Below are positions 37,755 through 49,000 of a DNA stretch of 64,000 nucleotides, piece after piece (within the stretch, counting starts at the first letter, position 1; each line of letters starts with the position of its first letter). The notes below the pieces were generated by a model. The model was given only the letters and a program-made list of their open reading frames with translations. It searched no databases and had not been told where the DNA came from. The DNA is taken from assembly GCF_964355755.1 (NCBI RefSeq), contig NC_092673.1, forward strand, positions 23,743,648 through 23,807,647, in the 5' to 3' direction. The position numbers and the translations under genes were made by a program. The stretch is from Antedon mediterranea. Its lineage: Eukaryota > Animalia > Echinodermata.

Positions 37755-39412
37755 GTGCGGCGATCTGACAGACGTTGGGCTGGAATATCAACTGATTTTG
37801 CCATAGAACAGTGTTTTATGCGTAGCATAAAAACAAGAGGAGGTCTAACAAGAGGGCGAGGATTAACAGAAATTCAACGACTTGTCTGGGTCCTTTCAAC
37901 TCCAGTCTGCGCCAAGATCAATCATTCAATGCAAGACTTCACTAACGTTTTGTATACTACCAGTGAACAACATAAAGAAACAAACAAACAAATTGTACAA
38001 TCAATGACAAACCAAAAGGTCGCCGACTACACATTTCGGAAAAAGAGCCAATCCATTACAATGAACTCTAAAAGCGCCTTGAAGATAAAAGATGATGTGG
38101 TCAATGTAGATCCTTTACTTCTATTTCAACGACTTGTAACTGCCGGCACAAGATGCGATAATGTATCAGATATATTTAGATTCACCAGATATGATGAGGT
38201 CTGCAAATAAAGCTAGTTTAGCTGATAGTTTGTTGTCAACAGCAATCGAGGTTGCTCCAGAACCTCCTGATCAAATTCAGTACGTCTTAGATGGAGGAGC
38301 ACTACTTCATAAAATTCCATGGACAAGAGGGGCTTCAGGGGTGACATTATGAGAGTATACACTAAATATGTTTCTCACAAATATGGAAAACCCATTGTTG
38401 TTTTTGATGGGTACGATAACTCACTAAGTACAAAAGACTGTACACATACAAGGAGAAGTGGTGGTGTCAAACGTTCAAAACAAACAAAGATTCATTAAGA
38501 TTTTGGGAAATAGTCTTGAAAAAGAAGGTTGTACTGTTCACCACGCAGAAGCTGACGCTGACTATCTTGTGTCGAAGATGGCTCTGTCCTGTGCAGAACA
38601 AATAGGCACGGTTGTCATCGCAGATGATACAGATATCCTGGTCCTCCTTATCCACCATGGTGGTCACACCAAACATAATGTATGGTTCAAGCCAAACCAA
38701 AGGAAAGAAACTAAAAAGGTGCAACGATGTTGGAACATTGCGGCAACAAGACTTGACCTTGGCAGCGATGTTTGTAAATAATTATATCCTATTTTGTCAC
38801 ACGTTCCTTGGATGTGACACGACATCGCGATTTTTTGGTATTGGGAAAATCAAAGCAGTAACTAAAGTAAGAAGTGACTGTTTCTTTTCTGAACAAGCCA
38901 AAGTGTTTATGACTTGTAAGGCAAACAGACAGGAGGTAATTGCAGCGGGTAATAACGCCATTTTGTCTTTGTATGGTAGCAGCGATAATGAAAACCTAGA
39001 TGAATTGAGGTTTCGTAAATTTCATGAAAAGACAACATGCAGTACTAAAGCAGTTCATCCACGTTCTTTACCCCCAACGGCATCAGCGGCAAAAAATCAT
39101 AGTCTAAGGGTGTACCAACAAGTTCAAGTTTGGCTTGGAAATGAAGAAAATGTACCTCCAGATAAATATGGATGGAAGATCAGCCAAGGCAGGATGATAC
39201 CATATTTGACGGACAACCCCCCAGCACCACAATTGCTCCTACAAATCATAAGATGCAAATGCAAAACAGGCTACTATAATATGAAATGCAGCTGTAGGAA
39301 CAATGGATTAGATTGCTCCATGGCATGTAGTGAGTGTCGAGGTGTATGCGCAAACATTTCACTAGATGATAATGAATATACCGATTCTGAAGATTCAACA
39401 ATGGGTTTGTAA
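37755..39412 (+). pseudogene. Academ-like transposase C-terminal part: XPG/FEN1-like nuclease plus Cys-rich finger; frameshifted
   Basis: Motifs D..IEQ..MRS.K..GGL..GRG, DGGALLH, VVFDGY, EADAD, DDTDILVLL, GCDTTS.FFGIGK, LPPT, and terminal CKC...CSC...CS.AC..C...C.N, spread across several frames. Confidence 0.75.
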
Positions 39413-40539
39413 AATCAGACGATTGGTAAATATTCTCAACCAGGCCTATTTGGATATTTTTCTGTTTTGTGTGTTTTTAGAGTAAATGTAAACAGAATAA
39501 TGAATAGTTAAATGTTATCTTGGGTGCTGATCTATGAAGAAATATAACACCAATATATTGCCCCAATTACTAAACGTTTTCTGGATAGATATCAAAGGTC
39601 AAAATAATTACTTTCGCATTGACTATATACACAGACATTTTTTATTAGAGTGGATATCCTTCTGAGTTGTTTGACACAAAAAATGCTCATCTAAACCCAT
39701 AGTTCACAAAGATACAAATATATAAATATAATAGTTGAAAGCTTCCGGTCATTTTCTGTAAAAATAGTTTCATTAGAGTAAATAAATATGGTTCTTCTGA
39801 ATTGTTTAACACAAAAGTTACGCTTATTGGTCACCGAGATACAAAAAATAAATTTAGTGAGATATGAAATAAAGAATATATGTTAACGGTCAAAACGATG
39901 ACTTTTTCATTAGAGTGAATATAAACATAGACCTTTTGAATATTTTGACACAAAAAATGCTCATCTACGCCCATTGGTTACAAAGATATGAATATACCAA
40001 TATAATAGGTCAAAGGTCAAAAGAGTAGTTTCCGGTCATTTTTTTGTAAAAAGTTTTATTAGAGTGAATATAAATAAAGGTCTTCTGAATTGATTAACAC
40101 AAAAATTACGAAGTTACGACTATTGGTCACCGAGATACAAAAAATTTACTTATATTCATTATTTTATATTATTTCACTATGTCAAAGGTCAAAATGATGT
40201 CGTCTGGTCATAATACACAAAACGTTTTCATTAGAGTGAATATAAACATAGACCTTCTGGGTATTTTGACACCAAAAACGCTTGTTTACGCCCAGTGGTT
40301 ACCGAGATATGAATATGCCAAAATAATAGGTCAAAGGTCAAAAACATGGATTCCGCTCATTTTTGATCAAAAACTTTCATTAGAGTGAATATAAATATGG
40401 GTCTTCTGAATTGTTTGACACCAAAATTACCAAGTTCGGCCAAGCGGTTACTGAGATATACAAATATATAATTTGACCCTCATGACCTCTTGACCCCTTA
40501 AAAAAGTATGTTCCACTGAACCGATTTTGGTAGATTTTG

Positions 40540-40996
40540 GAAATGTTTCTATCGGTAGATTGACTGGACTACAAAGGAAGCAACGTTTGACGAAATTTGC
40601 ATCCTGTTAGCCGAACATTTCACGCCACACAGAAACATGATTGTTGCCAGATATCAATTTAATAGTCGGTCACGTCAAAAACAAGAGTCAATTGCATCGT
40701 ATATTGCAGCTCTCAGAGACATCGCCAAGGACTGTAAGATTATGAAAAGACATTAGAAGAAATGCTTAGGGACCGTCTCGTTTGTGGTATAAACAATGAT
40801 AAAATCCAAAAAGCCTTACTAGCTCAAGGTGAGAAACTGACCAACAAAAAAGCCATAGAGGTAGCTCAGTCTGTTGAAATTGCGGATGAACAGTATAGCA
40901 TCATAAACGCAAGTGCACAGTCCCAGATAGATTCGTTCCAAATGAGCCATAATAAACAACATAAATTTAACAGGATGAAACCCAAGCCGGGTCCTA
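40540..40996 (+). pseudogene. gag: Mag-like Gypsy gag, 5' part (split by the CACTA element)
   Basis: RYQFNSRSRQKQESIASYIAALR and MLRDRLVCGINNDKIQKALL. Rejoins in frame with 56499 once the insertion is removed. Confidence 0.85.
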
Positions 40997-41329
40997 CCCA
41001 GCTAACACAAAACGTTTTGAAAACGTTTTTATTAAGTTATATTGAGGTTTTTACCTAACCTTGTTCATTTTGAACGTTTAAACATCGTTTTTTAAACGAT
41101 ATTTAATAGCTTTTTTTTTATTAGTTTAAAAAAAACATAGAAAAAACGTATTTGTTCGGGAATTTTAAGGTTATTTTATAACGTTTTTGAAATAATCTAT
41201 AATTAACTCATTGAGGACATTATAAATTGGTTATTTAAAGGTTTATTTAATACCTTCTAAACTTAACGTATAAGTAACTATAAAAAAACGTTTTGAATAT
41301 ATATTGTTTACGTTTTCATGAAAATGTTG

Positions 41330-42530
41330 ATAAATAACTAATATTGAACTGATTAGAAACGTCATAAATTAGTTATCTTAACGTTTCACTTATTACGTTG
41401 TATAAATAACCATTAATGAACTCTTTAGAAACGTCAAAAATTAGTTATTTAAACGTTTCACTTATTACGTTATATAAATAACCATTAATGAACTCTTTAG
41501 AAACGTTGTAGATTGGTTATTTGAATGTTTTTTATTTAAGTCTTAGGTACAACGCTCAATTAACCATAATTAAACGTTTTGAATTTGTTTTTTTTACGTT
41601 GTGATAAAACGGTTAAAATAACTAATATTGAACTGATTAGAAACGTCAAAAATGAGTTATTTCAACGTTTCACTTTTTACGTTATATAAGTAACCATAAA
41701 TGAACTCTTTAGAAACGTTGTAGATTGGTTATTTGAATGTTTTTTTATTTAAGTCTAGGTACAACGCTAAATTAACCATAATTAAACGTTTTGAATTTGG
41801 TTTTTTTACGTTGTGATAAAACGGTTAAAATAACTAATATTGAACTGATTAGAAACGTCAAAAATGAGTTATTCCAACGTTTCATTTTTTACGTTATATA
41901 AGTAACCATAAATGAACTCTTTAGAAACGTTATAAATTGGTTATTTGAATGTTTTTATTTTAAGTCCTAGGTACAACGCTCAATTAACCATAATTAAACG
42001 TTTTGAATTTGTATTTTTTACGTTGTGATAAAACGGTTTAAAATAACTAATATTGAACTGTTAGAAACGTCAAAAATTAGTTATTTTAACGTTTCAATTA
42101 TTACGTTATATAAGTAGTCATAAATGAACTCTTTAGAAACGTTGTAAATTGGTTATTTAAATGTTTTTATTTTAAGTCCTATGTACAACGCTCAATTAAC
42201 CATAATTAAACGTTTTGAATTTGTATTTTTTACGTTGTGATAAAACGGTTTAAAATAACTAATTTTTAACTGATTAGAAAATAGTTACAAAAAAAAAAAG
42301 AAGTTATTTTAACGTTTCACTTATTACGTTATATAAGTAGTCATAAATGAACTCTTTAGAAACGTTGTAACTTAGTTATTTAAATGTTTTTTTACAAACA
42401 AACAAACATTGGTACAAACGCTCAATTAACCATAATTAAACGTTTTGAATTTATGTTTTTGACGTTGTGATAAAACTGTTTAGAATAACTAATATTGAAC
42501 TTTATTAGAATCGTCATAAATTAGTTAATT
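41330..42530. repeat. Left subterminal tandem array of the CACTA element, ~212-bp period
   Basis: AAACGTCAAAAAT recurs at 41641, 41853 and 42065. Confidence 0.9.
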
Positions 42531-43628
42531 TAAAGTTAATTTAGGCCTAAGGTTATTTATACAACGTTATGAGATCTCTTTAAAAACGTTATTAAATTCC
42601 CTTTATCTTCTTATTTTTCAAAATAACTTAAAAAAAAATGTGTACCTTTTACGGTCCAAAAATGGTTTAAGATAGTACTAGTAGAAACGTTTGTTGTGGC
42701 CTACAATATGGCTAATGTTGTATCTTTCATCGGCACGTCACATCTATGCAAAAAAAAAACGGCGCGAAACTTTTCTTTCTCTGGACACGGCTGGCCGGGC
42801 ACGCCACATGTTCTCTCGCCGATGTCGTGACGACGAGTACGAGGTTGCATTTTTATAAAGTAAGTTAATTATATTTTTACTGTAAAAATAGACATAAAAT
42901 TATTAGGTATCTAATATTTTGCATACGTAAATAGAATGTTTATGAATTGATGTTAGGCCTAGTATTAGTATAGGCCATATAATCTAGGAAAGTCTATTGT
43001 GGTAGGCGCGCCTACTTCAGTGAGACCTCCTACCTAGGCGCGGCCTAGTTAATTTCCCTCGCTCGTGGAAGATTTAGGAGGACAAATGCTATCCTAGATA
43101 GGCCTAGCCCTAGACTAGACGTCTGAGACTAGTGATGCCTAGCTGTGCTTAACTAACTAGCCTGATAAACTATATATATTATTATACTTCTAAGGCTTAA
43201 CCAGGCAATATGATAAGATATAGGGCGCCTATCTGTATATTATATGATCACATGAAGTTCCGTATGGACAAATACTATGAACTATAAGTATAATATAACT
43301 TATTAGGCACAGAGAAGAAATTCCGAACCAACCGGTAATTTTAATTAAAATTTTGAAATGGTAAACTAGGCCTAGGTAGCCTAGCTAGTTTTCATTCTGA
43401 AGGGGCGTTTATGTGTATATATTTTACCATTTTACACTAAAAAAAATAAATGCCTTCCCCTGAATAAACGCCTCCCTTGAATAAACGCTCCCATGTTTAT
43501 TTGAATATATAAGGTATTAACAATTGTAGGTATAGGGAAAATGAAGTGACATAAAAATAATTTTGAATTCGTTGATTTTTCGACTTCGGCGAGTTTAACT
43601 GTATTCTAATTATTTGGATAGACTGACT

Positions 43629-45653
43629 ATGAATTCTGAACTAAGTAAGCAAGAGAAAAGAAAAAGATATAGAAGAAATTGGATGAAAGCATCGCGTGCA
43701 GTAAAACGAATGAGAGAGAATGAAAATCCAGACAAAGATGAAGTTAAAGAAAGTAGCATTAAAAGCAGATCTAATTATGAATGTATCATCCGTTCTAATT
43801 ATGAGGTTGATGAAGATTCAGTATTATTTTTAACTGACAGTGAAACTGGAAAAAATGCTTCTTCTACTGAGTCTAAATGTGATGATGGATATTTTTTTTC
43901 AAGTGATTCCGAAACTGATGATGAATGTCTTGTTTGTGAATCTGATTCCAGCAAAGCTGATAGTGTTGAATATTTAGTTGAAAGTCCATTGGCATTTAAG
44001 AAACAGCTTGCAGAATGGGTTTGCAAATATAACATCAAGCATGACGCTGTTGATAACCTTCTTAAACTTTTGCAAAAAAATGGACATCATTCAGAGTTAC
44101 CTGGTACTGCACGCACTTTGCTTGGTACAGTAAGAACAGTAGAAATTGGAAATAAATCAAACATGAAATATCACTACTTTGGATTAACTGAAGTGTTAAA
44201 AAAAGCTTACATTTACTGCAAACCAAAGCTATTTCACATAAAAGCTCTTGAAATTGGTTTTAATATTGATGGTGCACCATTGTTTAAAAGTTCTAGTTCA
44301 TCAATCTGGCCTGTTCTTTGCTGTATTGCCAATTTGACACCAACTTATGTCTTTATTGTTGCATTGACCGAAGGTTCTACAAAACCTAGTAACTTAGATT
44401 TTCTTTCAGACACCATAGCTGATTTACAGCATCTTCTAAAAAATGGACTTGATGTCAATGAAATGACAGTTCCAGTCAAAATACGGTACATAATATGTGA
44501 TGCACCCGCCAGGGCGTTCGTAAAACGTACAAAGCTTTACTCAGGCTATCACGGGTGTGATAAATGTAGCCAAAGAGGGCAACATAAAAATGGCAGAATG
44601 TTGTTCCTGCAAACAAGACACTTAAAAAAAAGAACAGACCAAAATTTTAGAAATCGAGAGTTTAGAGAACATCATCACAATGATGAATCACCATTCCTTG
44701 ACTTGCCGATTGATATGATAACATCTTTTCCTATAGATTTTATGCATCAAACTTGCCTTGGTGTTATGAAAAAAATGTTGTTGATGTGGGTCAAGGGATC
44801 AAACAGATTGTTGAGATTTCGTTTGTCGTCTGCCCAAGTACAAACTGTGAGTGAAAAATTAATCGGGTTAAAAAAATATGTGACTAATGATTTCCAGAGA
44901 AAACCAAGAGGATTATCAGAAATAGACAGATGGAAAGCCACTGAATTTCGCCAATTCTTACTTTACACAGGAAAGCTTGTCCTGAGTAGAATCCTTTCAC
45001 ATGAGAAATATGAGCATTTTATGTCCTTGAGTGTAGCTTGCTGTATACTTGTAAACTCAAAATTAGCACTTGCCTACAAGGAATATGCCCATCAGTTATT
45101 AGTGTATTTTGTAGAAAAAGGGCGAAATTTGTATGGCGAAGAATTTTTGATATACAATGTTCATACACTTTTACATTTGGCAGATGAAGCCGACTTGTTT
45201 GGAAATCTGAATAATTGTTCAGCATTTGGCTTTGAAAATTACATGTACACTTTAAAGAAACTTGTAAGGTCTGGCAGACATCCAATTTCGCAAATAGCAA
45301 AAAGAATAAGTGAAAGACATGTATTGAAGGAAAGAGTTAACTTAAATCAAACACCTGCAAGTATATCATTTAAATCACCAAATAACTGTTACATTATATC
45401 AGCTGACACTTGTTGTGAAGTTATTGAAGATCATTATGATGAGAACTCTACTAGTTTTGTATGTAGGGTATATGCCAGAAGTGAAAGTTTATTTACCTCT
45501 CCTTGTGACTCCAAGATAATAAATATACATAAAGTTAGAAACAGGTTTACCTCAATTAAAAAGATAAAAAGGACAGACTTAAGATTTAAAGCAATGAAGT
45601 GTAATATTGATGACAACGCTGCAGTGTTTATGGGTCTTTTACATTATAATTGA
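43629..45653 (+). CDS. CMC/EnSpm DDE transposase, uninterrupted (~674 aa from first ATG)
   Basis: FNIDGAPLFKSS..SIWP, ICDAPARAF, GYHGCDKC, PIDFMH..CLGV, RKPR....RWKATEFRQFLLY, YNVHTLLHL, SAFGFENY; no stops. Confidence 0.93.
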   Translation: MNSELSKQEKRKRYRRNWMKASRAVKRMRENENPDKDEVKESSIKSRSNYECIIRSNYEVDEDSVLFLTDSETGKNASSTESKCDDGYFFSSDSETDDECLVCESDSSKADSVEYLVESPLAFKKQLAEWVCKYNIKHDAVDNLLKLLQKNGHHSELPGTARTLLGTVRTVEIGNKSNMKYHYFGLTEVLKKAYIYCKPKLFHIKALEIGFNIDGAPLFKSSSSSIWPVLCCIANLTPTYVFIVALTEGSTKPSNLDFLSDTIADLQHLLKNGLDVNEMTVPVKIRYIICDAPARAFVKRTKLYSGYHGCDKCSQRGQHKNGRMLFLQTRHLKKRTDQNFRNREFREHHHNDESPFLDLPIDMITSFPIDFMHQTCLGVMKKMLLMWVKGSNRLLRFRLSSAQVQTVSEKLIGLKKYVTNDFQRKPRGLSEIDRWKATEFRQFLLYTGKLVLSRILSHEKYEHFMSLSVACCILVNSKLALAYKEYAHQLLVYFVEKGRNLYGEEFLIYNVHTLLHLADEADLFGNLNNCSAFGFENYMYTLKKLVRSGRHPISQIAKRISERHVLKERVNLNQTPASISFKSPNNCYIISADTCCEVIEDHYDENSTSFVCRVYARSESLFTSPCDSKIINIHKVRNRFTSIKKIKRTDLRFKAMKCNIDDNAAVFMGLLHYN

Positions 45654-46028
45654 GTGATTCTAAGAAGTTGAGAAATCTTAACTTAGCTGTACCTGTATGT
45701 CCTACTGTGATATAGTAGATTAATTTGAAAAAAAGAGGTTTCGTAATGTGCAACCATACTTTCATCAGTTACAATTACACACAGTACTGTATGTATGTAG
45801 TAGAATAGTTAACAATTAAATTTTATTTATTTTTTATTTATTTTATATCTGATACCTTTTTTAAAGACTTAACAAAAATATCTTTTCACTCAGAAACCAG
45901 TATTTCTAAGGCAAAATCTATGTAGAGCACCTGCTACTATGTAGAGTTATGACAACCGGACATAACAAAAAAGATGAGACTTTTTATGAGAAAAAAGCAA
46001 TAACATGTAGTCTTTTTAACTTTACAGA

Positions 46029-49000
46029 ATGGAACAAAGATATGCTGTAGTTATATTTAAAGGCACGGAATTAGAAGAAGAGTCGGTTGAAATTATATCA
46101 GAGAAATGGTTAGCAGAAGTGATAGATAGTGTAAGTACACTTACACTTACACTTAATGTTTGATGGAAATAGTTTAGGCTAGTGCCTATTAGATTCCATT
46201 TCTAGCCGAAAATAGTTGTCAAGTCTAGACTTAAAGATGTTCACTGAAGAGGCTTGTATTACATATTCAGGCAGAGAATTCCAGTGATGTATGACTCTGA
46301 TGGTAAAAAAGTTGACCCTGCACATAAGATTTCCTCTAAGTTTTGGACGATATAGTTTTAAGCTGTGTCCCCTGGTTCTGATGTTGTGAGACAATTTAAA
46401 TAAATCTTTTGGGTCAATATCCTCAAAGCCTTTCAAAATTTTGAAAGCTTCAATCAAATCTCCTCGTAGTCTTCTTGTCTCTAATGGTTGAAGATCAAGA
46501 TATTCTAACCTTTTTTCATATGGTAGATCACTTATTGACTTGACCATCTTTGTAGCTCTTCTCTGCACCTTCTCCAAGATTTCTTTGTCTTTGTTATAGT
46601 AAGGAGACCAGGACTGTATACAGTATTCCATATGTGGACGGATGTATGCCTTGTACATGACCTGAAAACTTTCTTTGTCAATATTTTTGAATGTTCACTA
46701 TTTTTTTTAGATTGTTTGTTATTCTCTCTCTTAAGCCTCTTTCTCACAGAACTGTGTTCTGAAAATGTATGAGGAATAATATATACTATATTTAGAAAAA
46801 GAAATCAATAAATTATTCATATTTTGTCAGAAACTTTTTATTGCCTGGGTATACCTCGACCCTATTTCACCGAATGATTCCTGGTATTATAGTCCAATGT
46901 GAATATTTGTAATATATGTTGGTAATAATTTTGCAAGCACGCCTGTCGGAAATGGGCTATGTGTCTTACACAGATATCTTGTGCTTACTTACTCATAAAG
47001 AATGTTTAATTCAGGAATTATGATTTTAGTTAAACCATAGTCGTGTGATTAGTTTATAGTAAAAGTATACAGACGAAACCAAGTACTAGTAGGAACTGTG
47101 TTTGTGAATAATTGAATTTGAATTGAATTGAATTATACAAAATTTAGACTGAAAACATGTTTGCTTCATGTTGTTTGACATACATAAATACAATGATTAA
47201 TATGTGATAGTATATTAAAAGTTCAATCCTGTCTATAGGAGGTCAAGTAAACTGCTGTCCTATTTTTAGTTTGTATTGCTGCAAGTGAAATAACCTAAAA
47301 ATTATGCTGTTAATGTTCTATTTTGCAAAAAAAGAATTGTAATTGTTTTTTTTAGGACAACCAAATTGTCAGAGCAGTACATTGGCCGGTTGGCCGATCA
47401 AACATTATAAAATTGGCGTATAAACACGAACAACCAGATAGAGAAAAATGGAAATTATTCAAAATCAGAAAAATAAGCAAATTAACAACTGATTTTGAGT
47501 TAGCAAAAAAAATGAGAAGGAAAGGTGAAGATACGTCAACGTTCGAAGAAGATGAAGATGATGGAAAAAGAAAAAAGAAGAGAAACACCTTGATCTATTC
47601 TGATGAAAACGATGAAGGTAGGCTGTAATTGTGTTTAATTACGTAGAGTCTTAAACTATAGTTTAGTATTCTTAAACCGGACTTTAGTCGTAGTTCAAAG
47701 TTCGACTTGAAAAAGTCGTAGTTCGAGCTATTACTTCAAATTCGATTCATAAACGAAGTAGTCGAAGTTTGCAGTTCGACTTAATGAAGTAAAGGTTTTA
47801 GTCGAGTTGCACACGTCTGAGTAAAAAAGGCTATACATTGGCCAATGACAAGAGAGTATTTGAGGAGCAGACGAAATTTTGCGCATTGATATCACTTTCC
47901 ATTTTCTTACAAAACTTTTTACGCATCAGGACTATATACATGAAAAATAATTTTAATCATTAATTAATTAAGATCAGTATAAATTTAACAGTGAAGTATT
48001 AACAACAAACGAAACCATGGCAGTACGGTAACTTTCATATTTTCTAGGCCCCCAACAAAGTATGATCGCAACAAACCACGCATTTCATAGCGTGACAAAA
48101 AAGCGCTTAGCCCCCTAAACATTCCATCGCTTGGTGAATTTCCGCATCTGCCATTGTCGCTATGGCATGACGTAGTTCAAGTCGGACTTGCGCGAAGAAA
48201 ATAATGTAATTTGTATACAGTTGTAAATAAAGATGATTTTCATTATTATAACTTATACCAATGTATATTTAATTAAGCTAATATAAAAATAGATATTTCA
48301 TTCTTCAATATCTGGCCAATATAACAACTCAATGACTGTTACGTTTTTAGTCGCGTGGAAGCGACTCTATAGTTCACTAAGTCGGTCGGTCGGTCTGTCT
48401 GTCTGTCTGTCTGTCGGTCTGTCTGTCGGTCTGTCTGTCTGTCGGTCCGGTATCACTATGCGTTTTGTCGCTTTATGACCTTATCTTGATATCAGTTTAA
48501 TCTAGCTAAGTCAATTTTTCACAGAATATTCCTTATGGCCAGGAATCGATGTAGTTATGTTTTCACGGTGCGCAATAAAAAATTACGCGGTCTACGCACG
48601 ATTTAACGAAATCACGTTTGTAATCATATCTTAACAACCATGAATCACAATTAAATAAAATTTGGTACTCATAAATTTCAGGGCATAAATCATCATATGG
48701 CAATACAATTACGTGCGTAGCGCATGTAACGCATGCGTACGCGCGCTTAAAATTTTCAAAATTTATTTTCGATGAAATAAGAGTACGTTTCAGGCAATTT
48801 TAAGCGTTTACAAAATTGCCATGAGTGCGCAGATTTTTGCGCGCGCACTGCGCGTTAAATGTTATTGCGCACACTTTTTGCCCGATTTCTGTTTTCTTGA
48901 CTTAATTTTCAACTCGAAATTACGTTATACGAGCACGTCAAATGTGACAGGCTACGCACGTGTAAATTAAAACAATATAAATGTTTTTAAACATTTCAAC

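Larger units (their letters stand above)
36385..40510 (+). mobile_element. Academ-like (XPG-nuclease type) DNA transposon remnant with long degenerate inverted subterminal arrays
   Basis: Left arrays contain TTTGACCTTTGACC and right arrays GGTCAAAGGTCAAAA, flanking a decayed coding region. Exact ends not resolved. Confidence 0.65.
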
